Virus record (IMG/VR): IMGVR_UViG_3300007177_000042
Reading direction: 5' to 3' (one strand)
Length of the DNA: 64,000 nucleotides
Source of the DNA: a virus
Taxonomy: Duplodnaviria; Caudoviricetes
Part shown: positions 25,629-33,722 of the stretch, piece by piece
Position numbering within the stretch: position 1 is the stretch's first letter
Layout of the letters: every line of letters begins with the position of its first letter
Made by a program: the position numbers and the translations under genes
The notes under the pieces: generated by a model
What the model saw: the letters and a program-made list of their open reading frames with translations, nothing else
Told to the model about the DNA's origin: nothing
Databases searched by the model: none

Positions 25629-25703
25629 GTCTCGTTGGTCGAGTAGTTAGGCGACTGTCTGCAAAACAGTATTAGATTGGTGCAAATCCAATACGGGACT
25701 CCA
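25629..25703 (+). tRNA. tRNA-Cys(GCA)
   Basis: Loop CTGCAAA, U73. Confidence 0.9.
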
Positions 25704-25724
25704 ATTTCATTGCAGTGAAAGCAC

Positions 25725-25847
25725 ATGATTGAGATAGACACATCTCTATGGGTTCGATTCCCTCTGGTGAAGGAGTATAAAATGTGGAACGGTAAGGCTG
25801 TACAGCCGTTTGGGAGTAATTATCCCCCGTGAAATCCTCTTAATCAT
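25725..25847 (+). ncRNA. wwAGA/GAAC/GTGAAATC motif RNA, copy 5
   Basis: ATGATT/AATCAT; GAG-ATAGA-[CACAT...ATGTG]-GAAC-[two hairpins]-GTGAAATC-CTC. Confidence 0.7.
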
Positions 25848-25856
25848 AACTACTTA

Positions 25857-26039
25857 TTGTTTATGCCAAATAAAAGCCTATACACATCGTTTCTTGACAT
25901 GAAACGTGAAATTGAAAAACATAAGTGGATTGAAAGTGAAAAGTGTGGACGGGATATTGGATTTGAAATAGCATTGATAGAATGGATAACCAAACACCGA
26001 TATGGGTGGTTAAAACAGAAACAAGAAGATAACGGTTGA
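25857..26039 (+). CDS. Small protein resembling Verrucomicrobia DUF4032-like proteins
   Basis: SLY...REIEKHKWIESEKCGRDIGFEIALIEWITKHR. Confidence 0.65.
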   Translation: MFMPNKSLYTSFLDMKREIEKHKWIESEKCGRDIGFEIALIEWITKHRYGWLKQKQEDNG

Positions 26040-26081
26040 CAAAACGAACTATAGGTGATACTCTGTATTAAGATTTTTTAT

Positions 26082-26157
26082 GGTCTGGTAGCCGAGAGAA
26101 TTAGGTAGGAGTTTGCAAAACTCCTTTACGGTGGTTAGAGTCCATCCCAGACCTCCA
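26082..26157 (+). tRNA. tRNA-Cys(GCA)
   Basis: Loop TTGCAAA, U73. Confidence 0.85.
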
Positions 26158-26189
26158 ATTTTATGAAAAAACTGTAGAACTGTAAAGAA

Positions 26190-26417
26190 GTGGTGTTTCA
26201 CTTCAACAAGGCACATCTGAATGATAATAATATTCCGATGTGGGTTTTAAAAACAAAAGGCGAGACACATTATGTCAATCATGTGATTGCTAATGTTGGG
26301 TGGTCTACAAAAGAAACACCTGATAATAATCATACCAAAGGCAGTCTTAAGTTTAAGAATGTCGATGTGATTATTGATGAACAGAACGAGGCAACAATTT
26401 CTGCGGCTGTAGCTTAA
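26190..26417 (+). CDS. Conserved phage hypothetical protein
   Basis: FHFNK...PMWVLKTKGETHYVNHV...TKETPDN.HTKGS; 3' end overlaps the suppressor tRNA. Confidence 0.7.
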   Translation: MVFHFNKAHLNDNNIPMWVLKTKGETHYVNHVIANVGWSTKETPDNNHTKGSLKFKNVDVIIDEQNEATISAAVA

Positions 26418-26478
26418 CGGTATAAAGCAGTCGTCTCTAAAACGACCAATATGGGTTCGAATCCCATCAGGCGCACCA
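26403..26478 (+). tRNA. Amber suppressor tRNA (anticodon CUA)
   Basis: GTCGT-CTCTAAA-ACGAC; canonical D and T arms; A73-CCA; one G:G mismatch in the acceptor stem. Confidence 0.85.
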
Positions 26479-26634
26479 ATTTTACGATATCAGAAACTAG
26501 TTGACAAGATCGAGTTTTTGATGTAGAGTAGTAAGACAATAAAGTTCGTATATTTCGATAACGGCTTGAAACCGAGAAGAAGAAAGTTTCAAAAAGTTGT
26601 TGACGAAACCGGAAAACGGTGGTAAGATATACGA

Positions 26635-27565
26635 ACAATAAGAATTCGATGGAGTTGAGACTGTAGCTCAACTTAAAAGAGTGACTAGGAACCGAATCCA
26701 TCAAATCGTTCTTTGTAAGAAACAAGATTTGGGGTGCTTGAACTCCATATAAGATAGTGAGTAGTAATACTCATGAAAGAGGTAATCCCCTAACGGATCC
26801 TCGCCTTCGCAAGAAGGACAGTCAAGCAACTGGCAATGTCTGTGACTTTCATCCAAAAGGTGGAAGTATATCCGACGCTGGATCGACAAATGATAACTGA
26901 GGGTAACACTGTAAGTTGTCTACTAACGGTACCGCCGAGCACTGTTGATTCCTTAAGTGGAACAGCCACGAATAAGACACAAGCCAAAGATACGGGTGTG
27001 AGACCGCAATCAAATGCTCGTATGTAGATTGATAGAAAGTGGGCAGGGTAACCAGAACACAATCTTGAAAATCGGTGAAGTATCCGCAAGAGAAACACAT
27101 GTGGTGTGTCGCATATTGTATCCCAAAAGGGTATGAAACGACAAACAACGCACATCACGGTTAGGTGCATAATTAGCTCAATGGTAGAGCAATTCCTTTG
27201 TACGGAATATGTTATTGGTTCAAATCCAGTATTATATTAAAAACGCAAAGTCGTTGTTTGTCTAAGATGAAAGTGACTTAACTCTGTGACCGAAAGGTAA
27301 CACAGACAACGAAACATCCGCAAGATGCTAGTTGTTAATTGGAGTCTGAACGGAGTCCGCAAGACTTAACTGCTCGCAAGGCAGACGGTTGGATGAAGGT
27401 TGAATAGTCTTAGGTTAAGGTTGAAAAGCCACAACCCTAAAAAGGCAGTCATGTTGAATACAGTTATAGACGCAAGTCGTAACCGTGGATATGTTGGGAA
27501 GCCGATCCGCAAGATTGGTATAATCTAACTAAAGGTCAACAGATAAAGCGGTAATCTCACGCCAA
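26635..27565 (+). ncRNA. GOLLD-like giant ornate RNA (about 930 nt)
   Basis: ORF-poor; many GCAA/GAAA tetraloop hairpins; terminal GCG-GTAATCTCA-CGC hairpin recalled as a GOLLD 3' signature; promoter TTGACG...TAAGAT upstream; tRNA-array context. Confidence 0.7.
27167..27238 (+). tRNA. Degenerate tRNA-Thr(UGU) embedded in the GOLLD-like RNA
   Basis: D arm GCTC/GAGC; ATTCC-TTTGTAC-GGAAT; T arm; weak acceptor stem, no CCA. Confidence 0.6.
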
Positions 27566-27572
27566 TCAAATA

Positions 27573-27626
27573 AATAAGCAATGTGATAGACATTCGGAAC
27601 GTTTGTGAAATCCACAACAGCTTATT
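27573..27626 (+). ncRNA. wwAGA/GAAC/GTGAAATC motif RNA, copy 6 (minimal)
   Basis: AATAAGC/GCTTATT; TGTG-ATAGA-CATTCG-GAAC-GTTT-GTGAAATC-CACA. Confidence 0.7.
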
Positions 27627-27679
27627 CTTCCTAGAATAAAAATATCCTCCTTTCAAAGTATTTCGTACTTATCTTCAGT

Positions 27680-28375
27680 ATGGCCATAATAACAAATCGA
27701 TATCAACAATTTTATACACACGACGGAAAAATTTTCGATCTAAATACTGTAGATTGGAACAATAATTTGTTGGATATTGAACAGAAATATGGGTGGGAAG
27801 CCGCAATGGCTTTTACCAACCTTGTTCATGATGATATCAACATGATTGGTCGAGGTGTAAGAGAAGGAGATGTAGTAATAGATTTGGGAGCTAATATAGG
27901 AATGTCGGCGTTAAATATGGAACGAAAGAAAGCAGACAAAATCTATTGCGTCGAACCTGATCGTAGAAGTTACGAAACTTTGTTGTTGAATAAAAACAAA
28001 AATTGGATCGTAGATAATTTCGCCATAAGTTCTTCAAGTGGAACAGTTAAGGTTGGTGAGTGGCCATATCAAACAACCGTCGATGTACGTGCAATAACAT
28101 TGGATCAGTATTTTGCACAACACAATCTTTCGTATGTTAATTTCATGAAAGTTGATATTGAGGGTAATGAAAATCATGTGTTTGATACTGTAAGTCAATC
28201 CACTATGGATAAGATCGAATCGATGGCAATAGAATATCACGAAGACGAGTCACAATCATTTGAACAAAAAAATTTCAATAGATCGAAGTTTGTTGACAAG
28301 TTTGTATCAAAGGGATTTACAAATTACGCTGTATTAATTCGAATGTATCAGTCAATGATCTATTTCTGGAAGTAG
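27680..28375 (+). CDS. FkbM-family methyltransferase
   Basis: DVVIDLGANIG...VEPD...TLDQYF...MKVDIEGNE. Confidence 0.88.
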   Translation: MAIITNRYQQFYTHDGKIFDLNTVDWNNNLLDIEQKYGWEAAMAFTNLVHDDINMIGRGVREGDVVIDLGANIGMSALNMERKKADKIYCVEPDRRSYETLLLNKNKNWIVDNFAISSSSGTVKVGEWPYQTTVDVRAITLDQYFAQHNLSYVNFMKVDIEGNENHVFDTVSQSTMDKIESMAIEYHEDESQSFEQKNFNRSKFVDKFVSKGFTNYAVLIRMYQSMIYFWK

Positions 28376-28423
28376 AAAATAAGATTTGTTCTATTACAAT
28401 ATCGATCAAATACCAAAAAATGT

Positions 28424-29341
28424 TTGTTAATTGATTTGACTTTGGTAGTTATTGTCATGACCGATGTGGTTTGTGACGTAAAGCCAAAAAAGACAAAGTT
28501 ATTTGTATCAAAAGAACAACTCGAAATTCTAACTTCGACACCTCTACTATTGTCGATAGAAGAGTATGTTACCATAAAATGGACACTGTTTTTTGGAACC
28601 AAACTTTCGGACGAGGATCATAGACTGTTAGTAAAATATGTAGACGAGTTTAGACAGACCGATCAATCGATACAGTCTGGTTTTGATTTTATAAGACGTA
28701 ATCCTAAATTGTTGGAATACCAAAAAGTTCAAGTTGGTGAAGGTGAATTTGCCTTATTTCTTCTTTTTACAGACGCGGTGAGAGTAAACAAAGGAGATCT
28801 GAAATTCAAAAATGAACATTATGAAGTAAAAAGAATCAAAGAGCCAAATGAAGCTATAAGGTTTGGAACCAACGTTAACATTCAATCAATAAACAATTTT
28901 CGATATGTCACATTTGGTCTTAAACGATTTTTCAATTATTGTGACTATAGCAATCATCCAGACAATATTCATATAAAATCATTGTACAACCAAATAATTG
29001 GCGAATCGGATGCGTCTGTCACTAAAGCCAAGTTAGTTGAGCTGTATCAGTTTTTCTACAAGATCACCGATTTGTGTAATTGTGGGACATCACCCGAATT
29101 CAATAAAATGTGCGATGATGTTAGGAGAGTAGTAGGGCCATTTGTACATCAATATCCAACACCAGAAGTGTTTGGCACATCTGTCACCAACGAACTCATT
29201 GATTTTTATAGAAATTTGAATACCAAAATACTTATTATTGATCACAACAATCGGTTCATAACCAATCCTAATATTGTTTTTCATTCGCTCAATCAATATG
29301 TAAGACCACAAATGACGCTTGTTATCGATTTTTCGGGTTGA
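28424..29341 (+). CDS. Hypothetical protein (start uncertain)
   Basis: Long ORF; VGEGEFAL...KGDL...YEVK is weakly nuclease-like. Confidence 0.65.
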   Translation: MLIDLTLVVIVMTDVVCDVKPKKTKLFVSKEQLEILTSTPLLLSIEEYVTIKWTLFFGTKLSDEDHRLLVKYVDEFRQTDQSIQSGFDFIRRNPKLLEYQKVQVGEGEFALFLLFTDAVRVNKGDLKFKNEHYEVKRIKEPNEAIRFGTNVNIQSINNFRYVTFGLKRFFNYCDYSNHPDNIHIKSLYNQIIGESDASVTKAKLVELYQFFYKITDLCNCGTSPEFNKMCDDVRRVVGPFVHQYPTPEVFGTSVTNELIDFYRNLNTKILIIDHNNRFITNPNIVFHSLNQYVRPQMTLVIDFSG

Positions 29342-29498
29342 CAAAAAGAGTTGAATGTTCTATGATTAAATCATGATGAAGATACTATTTATCATACTGA
29401 GTGGACTAATTATCTACGCAGTGTTTGTTGTTATGGTTGGCCGATTCTGTGGATTGTCAGACTATCCAAACGACGAACATGATAATTGAAATTTTAAT

Positions 29499-29573
29499 GG
29501 AGTCATCGTCTATCGGCTAGGACACTGCCCTTTCAAGGCGGGAAGAGGGGTTCGATTCCCCTTGGCTCTACCA
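29499..29573 (+). tRNA. tRNA-Glu(UUC)
   Basis: Loop CTTTCAA. Confidence 0.95.
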
Positions 29574-29578
29574 AATTT

Positions 29579-29930
29579 GCCTCTAAGTGATGGAGTTATT
29601 TCGTGTCACTTGTTGCCCTAACAACTCTTGTCAAAAACAATGACATCGAATCATTGAAAGAGACTCGAAACGAAATGCGGGTACAGAGGTATAAAGAGTT
29701 TATCAGTAACTCAGTTAAAAACTGATTGGTGGAGGGTAGTAGAAAACTACGCCCCTAGAGTTTGTAAGTTCTCTACAAAAACTTGATGGCGGAGGGGACT
29801 TACAGAAGTAAAACTCTGTGTCCTCCAGAGTTGGAAGTCTCTTAAAAAACTTCTTGGTTGCGGGGTTAGCGCATGGTATACTCTGTTGTATCGTCTGGAT
29901 AGAGTGTTCAATAACCACAGACGATCCAAT
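29579..29930 (+). ncRNA. Unknown structured RNA(s), about 350 nt
   Basis: GCCTCT/AGAGGT, GGAGG(G)GAC/GTCCTCC, AACTCT/AGAGTT and ATCGTCTG/CAGACGAT helices; no + strand ORF. Confidence 0.45.
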
Positions 29931-29953
29931 TTTACTGTTCTTTAAAACTCAAT

Positions 29954-30036
29954 TGCAGGGACAAGCCGAAGGACGCTATCTACGCTCATAACGTAGGCGA
30001 AAGCTATGGTTGGTGCAACTCCAACCTCTGCACCCA
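29954..30036 (+). tRNA. Atypical tRNA(CAU) with extra arm
   Basis: CTACG-CTCATAA-CGTAG; divergent D region; C73. Confidence 0.65.
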
Positions 30037-30044
30037 AATTTAAT

Positions 30045-30116
30045 GGCTGGGGTTTCAGCAAACGACGAATCCTCATAAGGTTTGTTAAGTGGGGGCAGCA
30101 CCCATACCAGCTACCA
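30045..30116 (+). tRNA. tRNA(CAU) (Met or Ile2), short D arm
   Basis: Loop CTCATAA; T loop GGCAGCA. Confidence 0.7.
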
Positions 30117-30516
30117 TTTCAGAGCACAATTCAATGTTGGGTTGCTAACCTACCAAAACAAATTGATGGACGACCTTGGGAATTGTCGTGTTTTATGATT
30201 TGTTTACTGTTCGACAATAACATTGAATGTAATTTACGCCCGGAGCATATCCGATAAATAGGAGGACTGATAAGAAACCTCGCCAAAAGCGAAACTTGTA
30301 AAGTACCGGCGACGATTTTAGATGTTGACAAAACGAAAGGTTGTGTTAACATGGTTTTAGGTTAGTTGAGTCCGATACCTTAGATTAAAAACTCAACGGC
30401 AGTTTACAAGTTACACGCCAAAAAAAACTTGTCCAGTGATGGGAGATCAATCACCGGTTTTGTGGTTTAACGGCTAAACCACACGGATTTTTTGTTAGTT
30501 CTTTTTGAAATTTAAT

Positions 30517-30593
30517 TGCGGGGTGGAGCAGCCTGGTAGCTCGCTACGCTCATAACGTAGAGGTCGCTGGTTCAAATCCAGCCCCCGCAACCA
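30517..30593 (+). tRNA. Initiator-like tRNA-Met(CAU)
   Basis: fMet body TGCGGGGTGGAGCAGCCTGGTAGCTCG; anticodon stem lacks the three G-C pairs. Confidence 0.9.
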
Positions 30594-30599
30594 ATTTAT

Positions 30600-30693
30600 G
30601 GTCCTGTAGTTTAATCGGTAAAACCCCATACTTATGATATGGTAATCGCTAGATTGGCGTAAATTCTCGGTTCGAATCCGGGCGGGACTACCA
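30600..30693 (+). tRNA. tRNA-Ile(UAU) with long variable arm
   Basis: CCATA-CTTATGA-TATGG; V arm CGCTA-GAT-TGGCG; 94 nt. Confidence 0.8.
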
Positions 30694-30792
30694 CTTTCAA
30701 ACACATAGGGACGGGTTCAAGGTCCGTCGCTCTCTCAAATCAATGAGGAGACGTGGTGTAGGTAGGAAGCATAATGAGTTTGATAACAATTT

Positions 30793-30956
30793 GACCGTGT
30801 AATGGAATTAGACATACGGATGACAGGTAGCATGGAGTACGAGGCTCTGGGTGGTTCCAGAGTACAGTTGAATAAAACCATGTCTGTCAGACGGGTGCTA
30901 GATATAGCCTGACCAGCCTTGAAACTAGTTATAGGTAGCCAATCCTATCACGGTCC
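30793..30956 (+). ncRNA. tRNA-scaffolded RNA carrying a variant of the repeated motif
   Basis: GACCGTG/CACGGTC; Leu/Ser-like D arm; T-like ATAGG/CCTAT; insert TGACAG/CTGTCA; CTAG-ATATAG-CCT-GACC-AGCC-TTGAAA-CTAG. Confidence 0.6.
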
Positions 30957-30965
30957 ACAATTTAC

Positions 30966-31048
30966 GGGTATGTGACGGAATGGCAGACGTAGTTGACTCA
31001 AAATCAACCGCCGAAAGGCGTGGGGGTTCGACTCCCTCCATACCCACC
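30966..31048 (+). tRNA. tRNA-Leu(CAA)
   Basis: Loop CTCAAAA, V arm. Confidence 0.95.
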
Positions 31049-31120
31049 AATTTATATGACAACATGCGAATATACTTCTACTCGTTTTTTATGTAGGTAA
31101 ATTCAAGCAATAACGCTTGG

Positions 31121-31516
31121 ATGCCACATGAAAACATGAGAAATCCAAACAAATATTACAGAAACAAAAACGCAAAGAAAAACGCACGCCGTCGTGCTTT
31201 TTCTATTAACGGAGGCGAATTTGCCTATCGAAGCTATATGCCATATTGTTTTTGGCCTGGCTGTAAAGACTATTCACACGAAGAACAATTGAAAGATCAC
31301 ATCGAATATATCGAGACTCATTGGGTTCGATCTTTTCTTAATGGTAATCGACGCGGTGCTTTTCACGCACCAAAATGGTTTCGTCAATACATTGAACGAC
31401 GCGAACGTCACATCGTGAATCAAAAAGTTCGGAATGTTTCTAAACTTCACAACGAAGATATTGACGAATACGAGTTTCCAATGTATAAACATAATGCTGA
31501 TTGGGATTGGTTTTGA
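31121..31516 (+). CDS. Basic hypothetical protein
   Basis: ORF track; HAPKWFR motif. Confidence 0.6.
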   Translation: MPHENMRNPNKYYRNKNAKKNARRRAFSINGGEFAYRSYMPYCFWPGCKDYSHEEQLKDHIEYIETHWVRSFLNGNRRGAFHAPKWFRQYIERRERHIVNQKVRNVSKLHNEDIDEYEFPMYKHNADWDWF

Positions 31517-31520
31517 TGTT

Positions 31521-31607
31521 GCCACCGTGGTGAAATTGGCAGACACATGGGACTTAAAATCCCTCGACCGCAAGGTCATGCCGGTTCAAGTCCGGCCGGT
31601 GGTACCA
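31521..31607 (+). tRNA. tRNA-Leu(UAA)
   Basis: Loop CTTAAAA. Confidence 0.95.
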
Positions 31608-31617
31608 AATTTCTTAT

Positions 31618-31692
31618 GCCTCATAAACATAGATAGCGATGTGATAGTTTCGTAAACTATAAAGTACAGTGCAAGTCTGTAATGAGGCTCCA
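31618..31692 (+). tRNA. tRNA-Thr(CGU)
   Basis: Loop TTCGTAA. Confidence 0.85.
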
Positions 31693-31697
31693 ATTTT

Positions 31698-31726
31698 GCC
31701 CAGAAACTTTGTTTCTGGGTTTTTTT
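31698..31726 (+). terminator. Intrinsic terminator ending the first tRNA operon
   Basis: CCCAGAAAC-tttg-TTTCTGGG followed by a T tract. Confidence 0.8.
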
Positions 31727-31923
31727 GTGCATAAGCCAAATGTGTTTTCGATTTATAATTACTATGTATTTGTTCCTACAAAGTGATTGACCTCACGGAA
31801 CTGTTATGGTATAGTTTAGTCTGAATGTCCGATTGTGTTTTTTGACACTAAGGACGGCAAAGAAATCAATATGTGTTGATGGATTTGTTACAATCACTAA
31901 AACAAAACGAGAATAAATAAAAT

Positions 31924-32622
31924 ATGAAGAAACTACTAGTAATGCTGACGGCTCTTATTGCTTCCGTCTCTATCCACGCAGCTGACATCGCCAACATTGG
32001 TATTGAGGCTGGTTACAACAACCACTATACTGTTAATGGTGTCTCCCGTGCTGAAAACGCTGCATTTGTCGGATTCAATGCTGTCAAGTCACTTAAGTAT
32101 GCCGACGTTTATGTTGGCGGCACCCTACTTCCGACTGGCGACGATGATCAGTCTCACTGGGTCGTTGGTCTTGGAAAGACGGTGGACTTCAATAAGGAAT
32201 GGTCTGCTCGGTTGACTACCGACGTTACACGTCATCAAGCCGGTGGATTTGGTATTCCTAACTCGACTGAGTTTGGAGTTAAGTTGGCATTGAATAATCC
32301 ATATGTGACACCTTATGTCCGAGGAGCATTCGATATCGATTTGCACCAGAACGGCGTGTTTGTTGGTGCCCAACGTGTTCAGCCGTTGTTTTACGGTTTT
32401 ACCGTTACTCCTATTGTCGAGTATGGTTATGTTAATGACTATGAGACTATTAATGTGAAGGGCACTCTCGCTCGTCCATTCACTACTCCTATTGGAACAG
32501 TGACTCCGTTTGTTGAGGTCGGGTGGTTTGATAACAACTTTGACACTGCCAAGTATAATTGGGCAACCCGTGAATTTTCGGGAACAGTTGTTTACACTGC
32601 TGGATTGAAGCTTAATTTCTAA
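31924..32622 (+). CDS. Outer-membrane beta-barrel protein
   Basis: Sec signal peptide (SIHA|ADI), alternating amphipathic strands, C-terminal LKLNF. Confidence 0.8.
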   Translation: MKKLLVMLTALIASVSIHAADIANIGIEAGYNNHYTVNGVSRAENAAFVGFNAVKSLKYADVYVGGTLLPTGDDDQSHWVVGLGKTVDFNKEWSARLTTDVTRHQAGGFGIPNSTEFGVKLALNNPYVTPYVRGAFDIDLHQNGVFVGAQRVQPLFYGFTVTPIVEYGYVNDYETINVKGTLARPFTTPIGTVTPFVEVGWFDNNFDTAKYNWATREFSGTVVYTAGLKLNF

Positions 32623-32646
32623 TCTGAAAAATTAGGTTGACTCAAA

Positions 32647-32685
32647 CCGACAGCAGTGGTAAAACATTGCTGTCGGTATTTTTTT
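32647..32685 (+). terminator. Intrinsic terminator
   Basis: ACCGACAGCA...TGCTGTCGGT followed by a T tract. Confidence 0.85.
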
Positions 32686-32701
32686 GTAAGGAGATAACTA
32701 T

Positions 32702-32938
32702 ATGGCACATTTTATCAAGTTAAACGTGTTGGATCCGTCGCACGATGTTAATAGTAACAAACGAGAATACATTCCACAATTGATTAACCTAGATATGGTA
32801 GTATCTGTTGAACCGTCTAAAGTTCACAGTTTGGTTTTTGTAAAAAACAACCAACAACCAATCAGGGTTAAAGAGTCGTTGGATGAAATTCTTTCTCTTA
32901 GTAAGAACTGTAACGAAAAAACAAAGATCAATGGATAA
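32702..32938 (+). CDS. FlbD/YlzI-like small protein
   Basis: FIKL...LINLDMVVSVE...IRVKESLDEIL. Confidence 0.55.
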   Translation: MAHFIKLNVLDPSHDVNSNKREYIPQLINLDMVVSVEPSKVHSLVFVKNNQQPIRVKESLDEILSLSKNCNEKTKING

Positions 32939-33034
32939 AGGTTTTCCGCCCACCGGGCGGATTTTTTATGATCGGGTGTAATACAATTTGTATGATAAAT
33001 GTATGCGTGAATTTTTTCCGGAAATATAATTGAG

Positions 33035-33664
33035 TCACCATATCCATCCGATTTGATATTCGTCGAAATATGGGCTTTTGTTTATATGGTTCATATAATC
33101 GTTGATATATTTCCCTTTACCTTTTCCATGATCATTATCATCTACAACAATTAGTGTTCCCTTTTTAATTTTTGGAAATATTGCTAATAGTTCTTTAAAA
33201 TGATGTAACGAACTATTATGCGGATTATTCCAATCCACATCATACGAATCTAAGTACAAAAAATCAACTAAGGGAAATGTAGGAGAGTTGCTAAAATTAT
33301 GAAGCGTAGTTACGCTATCGGCACAAATAACTGTTGATTTGGAAGACAACATTGGTTTGGTTAATTCACACGCGTCATGGTTTATATCAATTGTGGTAAA
33401 CGAACCAGACCGTTTAAAAAAGTGTAGGTATTCATCGATCAATAACGTACTATGACCATCACCCGTATAATTGTTAATAGATCGACTAATACCAGTTTCA
33501 ATGATCACTGGGTTTGGAATCGTATCTAAATACCCAAATATTTTTTTGAACGTACTAAATCGATGTGACAACCCTGTGTATATTTCAAAATACTCAGAAT
33601 GTCGTTTTGAAGAATTGTTAATGGTTGATTGTTGTTGCTTTTTATAGTCATCGAAATATGCCAT
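33035..33664 (-). CDS. Class I SAM-dependent methyltransferase
   Basis: VIIETG...TIDI...DSV...DFLYLDSYD...LIVVDD. Confidence 0.8.
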   Translation of the reverse strand: MAYFDDYKKQQQSTINNSSKRHSEYFEIYTGLSHRFSTFKKIFGYLDTIPNPVIIETGISRSINNYTGDGHSTLLIDEYLHFFKRSGSFTTIDINHDACELTKPMLSSKSTVICADSVTTLHNFSNSPTFPLVDFLYLDSYDVDWNNPHNSSLHHFKELLAIFPKIKKGTLIVVDDNDHGKGKGKYINDYMNHINKSPYFDEYQIGWIW

Positions 33665-33722
33665 GATTTAATATATCATTAAAAAAATCGAATTGATTGT
33701 TTTATTTACTACTTAAAATTGC

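Noticed and set aside
27027-27073. Additional module copy inside the GOLLD-like RNA (G-ATAGA...GAAC...TTGAAAATC)
   Set aside because: The blocks are present but the closing pair geometry differs from the 8 core copies; left as a possible variant.
27680-29341. TAG read-through fusing the FkbM methyltransferase to the in-frame downstream ORF
   Set aside because: The frame is open for 16 codons after TAG 28373, but the methyltransferase is already full length and the downstream ORF has its own plausible ATG; a chance in-frame junction is likely.
20308-30956. Group I intron or bulge-helix-bulge introns explaining the tRNA-like RNAs with inserts
   Set aside because: The inserts are too short for group I cores, no P7 or terminal-G pattern was found, and removing them does not restore an obvious 7-nt anticodon loop.
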